Assembly (NCBI GenBank): GCA_963716935.1
Contig: CAVQUN010000002.1
Coordinates: forward strand, 149,830-213,829
Direction: 5' to 3'
Source of the DNA: an uncultured Actinomycetes bacterium
GTDB lineage: Bacteria > Actinomycetota > UBA4738 > HRBIN12
Length of the DNA: 64,000 nucleotides
The notes below the pieces were generated by a model, which saw only the letters and a program-made list of their open reading frames with translations, was not told where the DNA came from and ran no database searches. Shown here one piece after another: positions 27,129 to 40,488 of this stretch. Position numbers and translations under genes: made by a program. Positions within the stretch are counted from its first letter, which is position 1. Each line of letters opens with the position of its first letter.

Positions 27129-27267
27129 CGCGTCCTCCCACGTCGCACGGTTTCCTTCAGCGTCGCCGCGTGACCGCGATCCCGGCAGGGCCGTTCCGAC
27201 CGCCGGCCGCGGGCCGCAAGGCGGGGGACGACCCGAACGCAACGCCCGCCTCGTCGGTTCATGAGTC

Positions 27268-27774
27268 GTGCCCGTGCTCCAGACTCTCGACGTGACCGCC
27301 GAGACGCCCGAGTTCGGCGATTTCTTCGCCGAGCAGTTCCGCCGCCTGGCCAAGGCCTGCCTCCTGCTCACGGGGAGCGCCGCCGAGGCCGAGGACCTCG
27401 CCCAGGAGGCGATGGCCCGCGTGCTCGAGCGCTGGGATCGCGTCTCGGGCCTCGAGGATCCCGAGGGCTACCTCTACCGGACGGCCCTGAACCTGCACCG
27501 CAGCGCCGTGCAGCGCCTGGCGATGGCGGCGCGGCGGCAGGTGCATCGCGACCACGCGGAGGAGCCGGACGCGGCCGAACGTCGCCTCGATCTGCTGCGT
27601 GCGATCCGCTCCCTGCCGCGGACGCAGCGGGAGGTGCTGGTCCTCGTCGAGTGGCTCGGTTACTCGGCCGAGGAGGCGGGGCGGATCCTCGGCATCGAGG
27701 CGGTCTCGGTGCGGGGCCGGCTCCACCGAGCGCGAGCGACCCTGCGGCAACGTTTCGGAGGGACCGATGACTGA
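27268..27774 (+). CDS. ECF RNA polymerase sigma factor
   Basis: AEDLAQEAM, DPEGYLYRTALN, LPRTQREVLVL, SVRGRLHRAR. Confidence 0.92.
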   Translation: MPVLQTLDVTAETPEFGDFFAEQFRRLAKACLLLTGSAAEAEDLAQEAMARVLERWDRVSGLEDPEGYLYRTALNLHRSAVQRLAMAARRQVHRDHAEEPDAAERRLDLLRAIRSLPRTQREVLVLVEWLGYSAEEAGRILGIEAVSVRGRLHRARATLRQRFGGTDD

Positions 27775-28816
27775 CCTGCGAGACCTGCTCCAGGAGGCGG
27801 TCGGCTCCTTCGAGCCGCGCGGCGACGAGCGGTCGGTCGAGGGCCGCGTCCGGCGCCGCCACCGCCGACAGCAGCGGAGTGCCGCGATCGTCGCGCTCGG
27901 CCTGCTCGCGGCCGGCGGGCTGCTCGCCTGGACCGCGCTCCGGCCTGCGGGATCCACGCTCGGGTCCACCGGATCGGCATCGGGCTCGCCGGGCGCGCGG
28001 GAGATCCTCGTTCCCGACGTCGTCGGGCTGCCGCCCGCCGAGGCGCGGGCGAGCCTGGACGCACTCGGCCTGACCGTGTTCGTCGCGACGGGGACGTCGG
28101 ACCAGGTGGACCCCGGGCTCGTGGCCGCGCAGGAGCCGCCGGCCGGAGTGGCCGTCGCGCAGGGAACGAGCGTCACGATCGTGGTGAACGGGGGTGCGCC
28201 CGTGGCCGCGCCCGTTCCCCTCGGCGATCTCCCCGACGCCGGCGTGGCGATCTCGTCGGCCGAGGGAGTGCAACTCGTCGCCCTCGACGGGACCACCGTG
28301 GCGACGTTGCCCGGCTACGCGCTGGCGGGCAACCCCGGCGCGCCGGGTGTGTGGCTGCAACGGGGGGACGAGTACTTCCTGTTGAACGTCGACGACGGCG
28401 CCCTGGTCCCGGTCGCCGCCGACGAGGCGCGCGCGGTGTTCGACAACGAGGGACCTGGGTTGCCGCCATCGAACATCTCCGCCTCCGGTCAGGTGCGGTA
28501 TACGGTCGAATCACCCTCGGGCATCACGCTGCTTGAGTTCCAGTGGTCGGGCCAGTGTGAGGCGGCAATGGCGTACTGGATCGATCGGGGCTCGGCCCGG
28601 ATCTTGACGGGCGACTCCGATCCCGCGAGCGCGCCCGAGTCGATCGCCCTCGGATGGTCATCCGACGGCGACGCGATCGCGCTCGTCGGCGGGTCGTGCC
28701 GACCGAGCCCTGACCAGCCGGGGATCTACCGGTACTCGGCGCCCGGACAAGGACGGCTCGTGGCCGCGACCGACGCCGAGCCGGTCACGGTCGACGCGTG
28801 GGGGACCGGGATCTGA
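27767..28816 (+). CDS. PASTA-domain single-pass membrane protein, putative anti-sigma
   Basis: Arg-rich N-terminus plus TM segment; VPDVVGL...A...L...GL...VAAQEPPAG..V..GTSVTIVV PASTA repeat; overlaps the sigma gene. Confidence 0.8.
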   Translation: MTDLRDLLQEAVGSFEPRGDERSVEGRVRRRHRRQQRSAAIVALGLLAAGGLLAWTALRPAGSTLGSTGSASGSPGAREILVPDVVGLPPAEARASLDALGLTVFVATGTSDQVDPGLVAAQEPPAGVAVAQGTSVTIVVNGGAPVAAPVPLGDLPDAGVAISSAEGVQLVALDGTTVATLPGYALAGNPGAPGVWLQRGDEYFLLNVDDGALVPVAADEARAVFDNEGPGLPPSNISASGQVRYTVESPSGITLLEFQWSGQCEAAMAYWIDRGSARILTGDSDPASAPESIALGWSSDGDAIALVGGSCRPSPDQPGIYRYSAPGQGRLVAATDAEPVTVDAWGTGI

Positions 28817-28851
28817 CCTCGGCCCGTTTCCAAGAAGAGAAAGGAGCACCG

Positions 28852-29502
28852 ATGTTCCGACCGACCGAACGCACACGAGTTCGCTGCCACGTCACGGCTG
28901 CGATCCCGACGCTGATGCTCATGGTCCTGCTCGCCGCGCCGGCCTCCGCCGGCGTGCTCGGGCGGGCCACGCCGTCGAGCCCGCCGACGCTCTCGAAGCT
29001 CGAGGCCCGGCAGTTCGACCGGTGGTGGAAGGGGCATACGCTGGGGATGTCGCTCGCGCTGGCCGATATGCCCGTGACCCAGCTCCGCGAGGCCGCCGAG
29101 CAGGCCTGGGCGTCGGGGGCGGTGCGGAAGAACATTGCGGCGGTCTTGTTCACCGACTCCGGACAGACCGTCTTCGCGAGGAACGCCGCCGGGGGCGAGG
29201 GGCAGCCGAGCCCGTACGTCACGTACTTCACGAACAACCCGAGCCAGCTCGCGGAGCTCGGCGCCTATCTCGCCGACCATCCCGAGTACGTCGGGGGTCC
29301 GGGCGGGATGCAGGACGAGCTCTTCGGGATGTTCACCGGGCTCCGCGAGTCCTATCTTGCGTCGCTCGGCCTCGTCGAGGTGAACGGCCTGATCGTCGAC
29401 CCGCGCGAGCCGCGGCTCTCGCCGTATCTCGTCGCGCTCCTCTTCGGCCCGCCGAGGCCGCTGGCGCAGCCGGCGGTGGCGCTCAACGTGGGGAGCTCAT
29501 AG
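28852..29502 (+). CDS. Secreted hypothetical protein
   Basis: RBS AAAGGAG; signal peptide ending APASA. Confidence 0.7.
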   Translation: MFRPTERTRVRCHVTAAIPTLMLMVLLAAPASAGVLGRATPSSPPTLSKLEARQFDRWWKGHTLGMSLALADMPVTQLREAAEQAWASGAVRKNIAAVLFTDSGQTVFARNAAGGEGQPSPYVTYFTNNPSQLAELGAYLADHPEYVGGPGGMQDELFGMFTGLRESYLASLGLVEVNGLIVDPREPRLSPYLVALLFGPPRPLAQPAVALNVGSS

Positions 29503-29513
29503 CCCTTCGGCCG

Positions 29514-30291
29514 TCAGCGGGAGCCGGCGAATCGCGCGGGCGTCGTTCCCACGTGCCGCTTGAAGTGTCGCGTGAGGTGGGCCTGGTCGTGGAAGCCGAC
29601 GCGGGCGGCGACCCCGGCGACGGGCTCGCCCTCGAGAAGGCCTCGCCGGGCCGCCTCGATGCGACGCGCGACGACGTACCGATGCGGCGCCATGCCGAAG
29701 GCTCGCGTGAAGGCCCGAATAAGGTGCGCCGGCGAACGGTGGAGGATGCCGCTCGCTTCGGCGAGCGTGAACGGCTCGAACCGATGCTCGTCGAGGAGTT
29801 CGCGAAGGTCGGTCGCGATCGTCACGCCCGGCCTCGGGAGCGTCGCCAAGGTGCATCCGCAGGCGGCTCATCACCGCGGTGAACCTCTCCTCGGCCTCCA
29901 GGGCGTCGTCGGGATCGCGGAGCGCGCGATGGAGTGACCCGAGCTCCCGGACGACTTCGGGATCCCGCACGTCGGGATCGTCCACGGCCGGACCGATCAG
30001 ACGCTCCTCGAGTACCTCGGTGTCGACGTAGAGCACGCGTTTGCGAAAGCCGTCGGGGGTGGCGGGCCGACCGTCGTGCACGACGTGAGGCGGCAGGAGC
30101 GTCACGCGAGCGCCGCCGGCGCCACGGTGTCGGGAGTCGAGGTCGTAGCGGATCGCACCCTCGTCGACCACGAACACCGTCCAGGTGTCGTGGGTGTGGC
30201 GGGGATACACATGCTCCACGAACCGCGCGTGGAACACCTCACGGATGCCGGGCACCGCCGGCCTCCATGCGCGCACCCATTCGCGGGGCAT
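29514..30291 (-). pseudogene. Frameshifted AraC-family regulator
   Basis: Cupin domain (YPRHTHD, VVHDG) in one frame and double HTH (HLIRAF..GFHDQAHLTRHFK) in another, shifting near 29812-29822. Confidence 0.8.
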
Positions 30292-30372
30292 GGCCACGAC
30301 GCGTGGATCGTACAAGACCCCTCACGACTCCCGCGGTTGGATTGCGTGAATGCGAGCGAGCCAGACACGCGG

Positions 30373-30960
30373 GTGAACGAGGTCGCCGCGCTCGTGGGGT
30401 TCGCCTTCGTCGGCTCGGTCTCGCCGGGGCCGAACAACGCCGTGCTGTGGGCCTCGGGGATGCGCTTCGGGTTCGCCCGAACGCTCCCACATGTCCTCGG
30501 TACGGCGATGGGGATCGGTGCGCTCGTGCTCGGGGTCGCCGCCGGTCTGGGAGTTCTGCTCGAGGCCGTTCCGATGGCGGCGGTGACGCTGAAGCTCCTC
30601 GGCTCCGCCTATCTGCTGCTGGTGGCCTCTCGGGTGCTGCGATCCGGCGGCTTCGGGCCGAGCGACGTGGCGCGGCCGTTCGGGCTCCGGCAGGCCATGG
30701 TCTTTCAGTGCGTGAACCCGAAGGCCTGGATCTTCGCGATCGCCGCGGTGGGCACGTTCCTCTCGTCCGAGCTCCATCGTCTGTTCGGAGTCCTGCTCGT
30801 GACCGCCGTCCTGATGATCGTGGTCGTCGCGTCCTCGTCGATGTGGGCTGCCGGCGGTGCCGTGCTTGGCCGGATCGCCGACGACGAGCGGTCGCGTCGC
30901 GTCGTGAGCGTGATGCTCGCAGCGCTCCTGGTTGCCTCGGTCGCGCTCATCTGGGTGTGA
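30373..30960 (+). CDS. LysE-family exporter
   Basis: SPGPNN, LKLLGSAYLL, QCVNPKAW; hydrophobic. Confidence 0.9.
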   Translation: MNEVAALVGFAFVGSVSPGPNNAVLWASGMRFGFARTLPHVLGTAMGIGALVLGVAAGLGVLLEAVPMAAVTLKLLGSAYLLLVASRVLRSGGFGPSDVARPFGLRQAMVFQCVNPKAWIFAIAAVGTFLSSELHRLFGVLLVTAVLMIVVVASSSMWAAGGAVLGRIADDERSRRVVSVMLAALLVASVALIWV

Positions 30961-31201
30961 CTTCGGCGGGCCGACGCCCGGCCGCGCGGTCGAGAAGGAG
31001 GGCCTGGAGGGCCAAGAGCTCGGCTCGCTGCCGATCGAACGATTCCTCGAGTCGCTCGCCATGCAGCTCGAGGTGTCGGCGGACGAGCTCGGGGTCGTCC
31101 GAGGTCGCGACGAGCCGGATCTCCTCCTGTGGCATCTCCTGCGAGCGCAGCGTTTCGACGACGGGGGCGATCGGGTCGGTGAGTGGAGTGGCGGCGTACA
31201 T
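30947..31201 (-). CDS. Small protein resembling a MerR dimerisation helix without an HTH
   Basis: LRSQEMPQEEIR...VRRHLELHGERLEE pattern. Confidence 0.5.
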   Translation of the reverse strand: MYAATPLTDPIAPVVETLRSQEMPQEEIRLVATSDDPELVRRHLELHGERLEESFDRQRAELLALQALLLDRAAGRRPAEVTPR

Positions 31202-31226
31202 ATCGTCGTCCCGGTGGCCGGGGTTG

Positions 31227-31261
31227 GGTGGTCCCGCCCCGCTCGGCGGAGCGGGACCACC
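31227..31261 (-). terminator. Hairpin downstream of the SRPBCC gene
   Basis: Stem GGTGGTCCCGC/GCGGGACCACC. Confidence 0.6.
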
Positions 31262-31270
31262 TTCCTCCCG

Positions 31271-31813
31271 CTAGCCCTGGTTGAGAGAGTCCTCGGGATC
31301 GAGCGGCGACCCGGTCTCCAGGAGCGACTTGAGGTCGCTGAGGATCCAGCTCCATCCGCCGCCAGCCCCGGTCTCCTCGATGGCGCCGCTCACCAGGAGC
31401 GCGAGCTTCGGTGCCCCCTCGAGCTCATGCGTCACCGTGAGCTTCGAGACGCCGCCCTTGCCCTCGGCGATCTCGTACGTCAGGCGGGTGAATCCCTCGG
31501 CCGCCGCCTCCGGGTCCATAAGCATCCGGAACGTCTGCACGAGCCGGTGCGGTGGTTCCGCCGCGATCACCTCGCCGTCCACCACGACGTCGGGGAGCGG
31601 GAACCCCATGGCCTCGGCTCCCTTCTTCATCCCCTCGCTCGGATACGACCGGTATGCGCCTCCCGGTCGCAGGTCGTAGTCGGCCCGGTTGGTGTAGCCG
31701 TAGCGCTCGGTCCACTCGGGTTTGGTGATCGCGTCCCAGATGGCCTGCGGCGTCGCCTTGATGTAGACGCGGTAAACCTGGGTGGTGACGCTCGTCTCCG
31801 TGGTCGTCGTCAT
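31271..31813 (-). CDS. SRPBCC/AHSA1-domain protein
   Basis: VYIKATPQAIWDAIT, EPPHRLV, GWSWILSDLKSLLETG. Confidence 0.9.
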   Translation of the reverse strand: MTTTTETSVTTQVYRVYIKATPQAIWDAITKPEWTERYGYTNRADYDLRPGGAYRSYPSEGMKKGAEAMGFPLPDVVVDGEVIAAEPPHRLVQTFRMLMDPEAAAEGFTRLTYEIAEGKGGVSKLTVTHELEGAPKLALLVSGAIEETGAGGGWSWILSDLKSLLETGSPLDPEDSLNQG

Positions 31814-32136
31814 GCCATGTCCTCCTGTTCCAGCTCGGTCTTGAGCTCGGCGAGCGCCGACACCTGACGCTCCCGGTACTTGTCGATCCACCGGTCGTGG
31901 ATCAGCCGGATCGGGACGGGGTTCAGGAAGTGGAGCTTCTCCCTGCCCGACCGGCGCGTGACCACGAGGCCCGCGTCCTCGAGAACCCGCAGGTGCTTCA
32001 TGACGCCGAACCGCGTCATCTCCAGCCCGAACTCGAGGTCGGTGAGCGTGCGGCCGTCACGCTCGAAGAGCCGGTCGAGCAGGAGACGACGGGTCGGGTC
32101 CGCGAGTGCCCGGAACACGAGGTCGTCGTCGGTCAT
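31810..32136 (-). CDS. ArsR-family transcriptional regulator
   Basis: VFRALADPTRR, MTRFGVMKHLRVLEDAGLV. Confidence 0.92.
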   Translation of the reverse strand: MTDDDLVFRALADPTRRLLLDRLFERDGRTLTDLEFGLEMTRFGVMKHLRVLEDAGLVVTRRSGREKLHFLNPVPIRLIHDRWIDKYRERQVSALAELKTELEQEDMA

Positions 32137-32143
32137 GGCGTCG

Positions 32144-32173
32144 AGAATAGGTGACCGTATGGTCACCTGTCAA
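32144..32173 (-). promoter_or_regulatory. Leaderless promoter with an ArsR-type operator palindrome
   Basis: TTGACA-N18-TATTCT-N7-ATG on the minus strand; AGGTGACC-GTAT-GGTCACCT (32149-32168) fills the spacer. Confidence 0.8.
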
Positions 32174-32900
32174 CCGGGTCGACGTGCCCTCGTTGGGGCG
32201 CCGCGCCGGGGACGTCCGGGACCGGCGGAAGCGTCACACGCCCCACCAGAGCGCCGGCGACCGCAGCGAGCACGACGTCGACGAGGAGGAAGGCCGGGAT
32301 GGTTTCGTAGCCCGAGCCCATCATCCCGGACAACACCGCCATGGCGACCGTCCAGGCGGCGACGAGTCCCGTGGCCACTGTCGCGACGACCGCGACGGCG
32401 ACCGCGCGCCCGCGCGCCCGCGCAGGCGTGGACGTCCGCCCGAGCACGACTCCGGCCACGAGCGCGATGCCGACCGCGGCGACGTCCAGCGCGGGGATCA
32501 CCGTCGGACGCCCGTGCCAGTAGAAGTAGCCGCAGAAGGGGTCGACGCAGCCCGAGCCGAGTGCCAGTGGGTGCGCCACGGCCGGGATGAGCAGGAATGC
32601 CGCCGCAGTCCGCGGTCGTCGAGCGAAGGCGGCCGCGGCGATCCCACAGACCACCCAGAGCGCTCCCACCCCGATCGGCCACTCGGGCTCCTGGTACCGC
32701 CAGAGCCAGCCCCAACCCGGGTGGCCAACCGTCCACGGGGTGGCGATCGCGAGCAGGCCGAGGGCGACGGTGACGGCGCTCAGGAGGAAGATCGCCGTCC
32801 GGGTTCCGGCGGTGCCGAGGTGAGCCGGTGCGCGCGACAGCGGCGACGGACGATTCCCGTACTGGCCTGCGACCGTCGACCCACCGGGCACGCTCCTCAC
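32163..32900 (-). CDS. Integral membrane hypothetical protein (start uncertain)
   Basis: About six hydrophobic segments in the C-terminal part of ORF 32163..33281. Confidence 0.55.
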   Translation of the reverse strand: MRSVPGGSTVAGQYGNRPSPLSRAPAHLGTAGTRTAIFLLSAVTVALGLLAIATPWTVGHPGWGWLWRYQEPEWPIGVGALWVVCGIAAAAFARRPRTAAAFLLIPAVAHPLALGSGCVDPFCGYFYWHGRPTVIPALDVAAVGIALVAGVVLGRTSTPARARGRAVAVAVVATVATGLVAAWTVAMAVLSGMMGSGYETIPAFLLVDVVLAAVAGALVGRVTLPPVPDVPGAAPQRGHVDPVDR

Positions 32901-33094
32901 CCGAGGCAAGCATGGGTCTGTCCGCCTCGAGCGGACAGGGTCGGTGGACCCGTTCACGCGCTCCACCCGGCCGCGACCTCGGCGTCGTCGTCCGAGACCG
33001 AGCACACGAAGGCCTGCGGGTCTGCGGACGACCGACCTGTCTCCGCGAGGCCACGATGTCGCAGACTGAGCGCGCAGCTGGTGGAAGCGGGCCG

Positions 33095-34333
33095 ATGATG
33101 AGAACGGCGGCGCTCGCGTGCGGGTTCGCGCTGGTGATCGTCGCCGCCGCGAGTTGCAGCCGGCCCGCCGAGCGGGTGGAGCGACATTCGCCTCGCGTTC
33201 AGGAGTCGCCGAGCGTTGCCCCCACCGGGACGCCTGCGGCCGATTCGACCGTGCCGTCGGAGGCGACGACTGCGTCGGCACCGCCGAGTCCGTCCGAGAC
33301 AGAAGCGCTCGCGTGGCATCGCTCGCTCGGGTTCTCCGTGGCGGACGTGGCGACCGACGGCGAGGGCAACGCGTACGTCACCGGGTTTGCGCCGTTCGGA
33401 CTCTCGACCGAGACCGGCCGGCGCGTCGTCATGGAGCTCGAGAAGTTCGATCCGGCCGGCGATCGGATCTGGACGGCCCGCGGGGAGAGCCCCTCGAGGC
33501 GCTTCCCGGACGCGGCTGGTCGAGCGGTCGCGGTGACGCCGGACGGGAGCGTCGTGTACGTGGTGGGGGCCATCATGCTCCCGCCCTGGGAGGCGCAGCA
33601 GCCGAGGTTGTGGGCGTATGCCGCAGATGGGGAGCTGCTCTGGTCCATCAGGACTCGGATGTCGCTCGGCGTCGCGGCGAGCGCCGAGGGCGCGTTCGTC
33701 GGCGGGGCCGGGTGGCTCGGCGCGTACGGGCCGGGCGGCGACCGGCTGTGGACCGAACCCTTCGAGGAGCCGGCGGGCGCGCACTGCGACGTGGTCCAGG
33801 CGCTTGCGATCGGGGACGGCGGAGACGTCGTCGCGGTCGGCTTCCTGGACACGACCCCCACCTGCGGCTCGATCGAGGGCGGGGCCTACGAGGACGCGGA
33901 CGTGGTCATCCAGCGGCGATCCTCCACCGGAGCTCTCGTCTGGTCTCGGATCCTCGTGGATTCCGGCGTCACGGACAACGACAGGGCGGTCGCGGCAGAC
34001 GTGGATGGACCGCGCATCCTCGTGGTGGGTGAGCGCGACGGCACCCCTTGGCTCGCCCGCCTGTCTCCCGGCGGCGAGATCGTGTGGGAGCGATCCTGGG
34101 TAGGGACGACGATGCGGGTCGACGTGAGCGCGTCGGCCTGGGGCGCCATCTACGTGGCGGACCACCGTGCGCTCCGCCGGTACACGTCGGACGGCGATCT
34201 CGTGTGGGAACGGCGTCTCCGGCTCGCGACGAACGAGGAGGGGTCCGGAGTGGCGACCGCCGCCGGCGGGATCGTGTACGTAACCGCAGACGTCTTCGCG
34301 GAGTCGGGAGACCTGTGGCGAGTGCTTCCGTGA
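33095..34333 (+). CDS. Beta-propeller lipoprotein (SBBP/PQQ-like repeats)
   Basis: AASC lipobox, Ser/Pro/Thr linker, repeated D.GNAYVTG and G..LW motifs. Confidence 0.7.
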   Translation: MMRTAALACGFALVIVAAASCSRPAERVERHSPRVQESPSVAPTGTPAADSTVPSEATTASAPPSPSETEALAWHRSLGFSVADVATDGEGNAYVTGFAPFGLSTETGRRVVMELEKFDPAGDRIWTARGESPSRRFPDAAGRAVAVTPDGSVVYVVGAIMLPPWEAQQPRLWAYAADGELLWSIRTRMSLGVAASAEGAFVGGAGWLGAYGPGGDRLWTEPFEEPAGAHCDVVQALAIGDGGDVVAVGFLDTTPTCGSIEGGAYEDADVVIQRRSSTGALVWSRILVDSGVTDNDRAVAADVDGPRILVVGERDGTPWLARLSPGGEIVWERSWVGTTMRVDVSASAWGAIYVADHRALRRYTSDGDLVWERRLRLATNEEGSGVATAAGGIVYVTADVFAESGDLWRVLP

Positions 34334-34352
34334 TCGGGACGGTTACCGCGGA

Positions 34353-34997
34353 TCAGGTCACGGTCACGGATGCCGAAGGGGACCATCCCGACGCGCCCGC
34401 GGATTGCCGGCGGAGCCGGGCGCGAAATCGGTACCGCCCCGCGCGGGTTGGCTCGAACGATGCCGTCGCGACGGTCGCGTCCGAGAGCCAAGGGGCCCAC
34501 GAGCCGTCGTTGCGGCGGCGCTGCACGTCGTAGACGAAGCCGGCCGGCGCCGGCGCGGTCGACCAGCGAACGGCGAACGTGTCTCCCGGCGCTCCCGATT
34601 GCGGCGAGACGCGGACCGGCACCTGGATCCGACCGTTCATCTCGGCCGAGTGGATTGTGCACGTGTACGGATAGGTGCCGGCGGCCGTGAACGTGTAGGC
34701 GAAGCTCGGCCCGCCGGGGGAGATCAGGCCCGAATCGAACAGGGCCATCCCCGACGTGTCGGTGGCGCTGTGGCTGCGATCGGCCTGCGAGAAGTCCCAC
34801 ACCACCGTCTCCCCCCGCGACGCCTCGGCGAGCGAGGGGAGAAAGTAGTCGTCGAGGGCGAGCACCCGTGTCTCGGCCCCGCGCTCGATCGCCGTCCCGT
34901 CGACGGAAGCCGACAGGGCGGTCGAGACGACGACGACGGCGAGGAGGCTTCGGACGCGCACGATGGCCGTATCGGCATCCGCGGCCCGCGGGTTCAC
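34353..34997 (-). CDS. Secreted cupredoxin/plastocyanin-like copper protein with a C-terminal beta domain
   Basis: HSAT ... YTCTIHSAEMNG type-1 copper ligands (His, Cys, His, Met); start uncertain. Confidence 0.8.
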   Translation of the reverse strand: MNPRAADADTAIVRVRSLLAVVVVSTALSASVDGTAIERGAETRVLALDDYFLPSLAEASRGETVVWDFSQADRSHSATDTSGMALFDSGLISPGGPSFAYTFTAAGTYPYTCTIHSAEMNGRIQVPVRVSPQSGAPGDTFAVRWSTAPAPAGFVYDVQRRRNDGSWAPWLSDATVATASFEPTRAGRYRFRARLRRQSAGASGWSPSASVTVT

Positions 34998-35048
34998 CCG
35001 GGAGGCGACCAGGCGCGTGGAAGGCGACGGTATCCGCGAGGGCCTCGG

Positions 35049-37430
<2,382 letters not shown>

Positions 37431-37489
37431 GGTCGTCGTCTCCCGACCGCGGTCCCGTCTTGGGCGGGGCCGCGTGGCGAGATCGGTCC

Positions 37490-37981
37490 TCAGCTCACCG
37501 CCTTCTTCACGAGCGCGGCGATCTTCTTTTCGTCGGCGGCGTTCAACTCCTTCACTGCGAAGGAGGTCGGCCACATGGCGCCCTCGTCGAGGTTCGCCGC
37601 TTCCTCGAAGCCGAACGTGGCGTACCTGGAGTTGAACTTCTCCGCGCTCTTGAAGAAACAGACGACCTTGCCGTCCTTGGCATACGCGGGCATCCCGTAC
37701 CAGGTCTTCGGCCAGAGGGCCGGGGCGGTTGCTTCGATGATCGCATGGAGCCGCTTGGCCATCGCGCGATCCGGCTCCTTCATCGCGGCGATGGCCGCGA
37801 GGACGTCGCGCTCCCCTGCCGCCTTGTCCCGGTCCGCGCGCGCCTCCGCCTTCAGCTCCCGGGCACGCTCCTTCATCGCGGCCCGTTCGTCGTCCGTGAA
37901 TCCCTTGGACGTCGTGCCGCTCGAGGTCGTGCGCTTGGCGGACCTCTGCGCGTCCTTCGTTGCCGGCTTCCTCTCAGCCAT
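37490..37981 (-). CDS. DUF1801/YdhG-like protein
   Basis: [27 protein letters not shown]. Confidence 0.85.
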   Translation of the reverse strand: MAERKPATKDAQRSAKRTTSSGTTSKGFTDDERAAMKERARELKAEARADRDKAAGERDVLAAIAAMKEPDRAMAKRLHAIIEATAPALWPKTWYGMPAYAKDGKVVCFFKSAEKFNSRYATFGFEEAANLDEGAMWPTSFAVKELNAADEKKIAALVKKAVS

Positions 37982-38049
37982 CGCGAAGCACCTCCTTCTG
38001 TGCCGAGTGAGTCGCGGCCGCTTGCCGTCCGGCGCGAGCGCCGGACGGC

Positions 38050-38460
38050 TCAGCGCAGCTCCTGGATGCGGATCAGGTTGCCCGCGGGATCGCGGAAGGC
38101 ACAGTCGCGGATCCCGTACGGTTGGTCGGTCGGCTCCTGGACGACATCGGCGTCGCCGGCCTGCAGGCGCTCGAAGGTCGCGTCGAGGTCGGTGGTGGCC
38201 AGGTTGATGCTGGCGTAGGTGCCTTTGGCCATCATCTTGGCGATGGTGCGCCGCTCGTCGTCGGTGAGGCCGGGAGTGGCGGCCGGCGGATACAGGACGA
38301 TCGACGTGTCCGGCTGGTCGGGGGGGCCGACCGTGATCCAGTGCATCCCGCCGTACTCGACGTCGTTTCGAACCTCGAAGCCGAGGGTGTCGCGATAGAA
38401 GGCCAGGGATGCGCCGGGGTCGTCGTGCGGGAGCATGGCCTGGTGGATGGTGATGTCCAT
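38050..38460 (-). CDS. VOC family protein
   Basis: [29 protein letters not shown]. Confidence 0.9.
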   Translation of the reverse strand: MDITIHQAMLPHDDPGASLAFYRDTLGFEVRNDVEYGGMHWITVGPPDQPDTSIVLYPPAATPGLTDDERRTIAKMMAKGTYASINLATTDLDATFERLQAGDADVVQEPTDQPYGIRDCAFRDPAGNLIRIQELR

Positions 38461-38465
38461 GGCGG

Positions 38466-38915
<450 letters not shown>

Positions 38916-39105
38916 CTACGAGATCCTGCCACGTCGCGCCGGAGGTGCCCAGCGACGCCGGCGGGCCTACCCCATTCAGTGCGGTGACGTGATCGTCTCG
39001 ACGCGGAGTCCGGGGCGCCGTCACCCTCTCCGAGGCGACAGGTACCCGCGGTCCGTCCCCCGCCCGGTTCGCAACCGGGAGGGGGAGAGCCCCGGAATGA
39101 TGCGG

Positions 39106-39812
39106 TCAGACGGTGTCCGGGTCCGCCTCTCGCCGGGCAGAATCGGCTCGCCGATTGCCGGCCTCGTCGTGCTCCACCCCGGCTCTCTCGCTCCAGGCCG
39201 GCCACAGGCGCCGCGCCGTGGCCTCGGACACGCGGCCGCCGAGGTGCATCGCGCGCCAGACGCCCCGGTAGCCCGGGAGCAGCCCGCTCACGACGAGGAG
39301 ATGCGCCGCGACGACGGGCGTTACCACGAAGGTTGCCCATCGGTGGACCTGGTGCAGACGGACGAACACCGGACCTCCGTGCAGCAGCGTCAGCCCGATC
39401 CCGCTCGCCGTGAGGGTGACGAGGCCGAGGACCAGGACGACGTTGGCCACCCGCTGCCCCGGATCGAAGTGGCCCTCGTGCCGCGCGAACCGGCCCGAGA
39501 ACGCGGCCGTCGGCAGCCGCTTCCACCATCGCGCGTCGCCGTGGTCGACCCGGAGCGTCTCGCGAACGAACGCGACGATCCCGCGCCGGCCGAGCAGGAG
39601 CGCCGCCATGCCCACCGCCGCGAGCGCGACGCCGAGGCGACGATGGAGCAGGGCGTCGGGCTCGCCCACCATGCGAGCGAGCGGACTCGGACGGCCCTCG
39701 CGGCCGAGCAGCAGCCACCACCCGGTGCCGATGAGCGGCAGCGTGAGCAGGAAGACGCGGTGTACAGGAGCCGGCCTCGCCGGCTCGATCGCCGGACCCG
39801 CTCAGTAGCCAC
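39106..39812 (-). pseudogene. Frameshifted cytochrome b-like (FdnI-type) membrane protein
   Basis: RBS plus GTG start VATERVRR..LLYTA, shifting near 39757 into VFLLTLPLIGTGWW..LHRRLG..FDPGQR..HRWAT..AHL. Confidence 0.65.
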
Positions 39813-39921
39813 GGCCGCCTCCCGACCCGATGGAACCGGTCGGCGCTCGTGGGCGAGAAGTTCTTTGGGTTCGAGCAATCCGAATCGGGGGCGGGGTCGG
39901 TAGTACCAGTCATGCGAACCG

Positions 39922-40488
39922 GTGGATCCCGGCGTGGTGTGGGACCTGTCTGACGAGTCGCTGCTCGTCGGGGTCGGGTCCGGCGATGCGGACGCGACGG
40001 CGGCGTTCGTCCGGCGATTTCAGCGTCGCGTGTACGGGCTGACCTACATGATCCTTCGCGATCGCGGCGCCGCCGAGGACGCGGCGCAGGAGACGTTCGT
40101 GCGCGCGTGGCGTCACGCCGGTGCGTATGACTCGCGCCGGGGCAGCGTGGCCGCGTGGCTCCTGAAGATCGCCCGCAACGTCTCGCTCAACATGCTGCCG
40201 GCCCGGCGGCCCGATCCCGTTGACCCGCAGGTGCTGCTCGAGATGGCGACGCCCGAGCGCGACACTGTGAACGATCATGGGGCCTGGGTGGCGGACGTGC
40301 AGCCGTTGCGCGAGGCCCTCCGCCGACTTCCCCCGGAGCAGCGACGCGCGGTCGTCCTCGCCGCCTTCTACGGCCTCACGGCGAGCGAGGTGAGCGATCT
40401 GGACGGCGTACCGCTCGGGACGGTGAAGACGCGGATCCGAGCCGCGCTCTCGAAGCTGCGATCGGAGCTGGTGTCCGATGATCGATGA
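39922..40488 (+). CDS. ECF sigma factor (SigK-like)
   Basis: AEDAAQETF..W...YDSRRGSVAAWL, LPPEQRRAV, PLGTVKTRIR. Confidence 0.9.
   Translation: MDPGVVWDLSDESLLVGVGSGDADATAAFVRRFQRRVYGLTYMILRDRGAAEDAAQETFVRAWRHAGAYDSRRGSVAAWLLKIARNVSLNMLPARRPDPVDPQVLLEMATPERDTVNDHGAWVADVQPLREALRRLPPEQRRAVVLAAFYGLTASEVSDLDGVPLGTVKTRIRAALSKLRSELVSDDR

Noticed and set aside
29805-29825. Programmed ribosomal frameshifting in the AraC, ECF or cytochrome b genes
   Set aside because: No slippery heptamer or stimulatory structure was seen at the shift sites.
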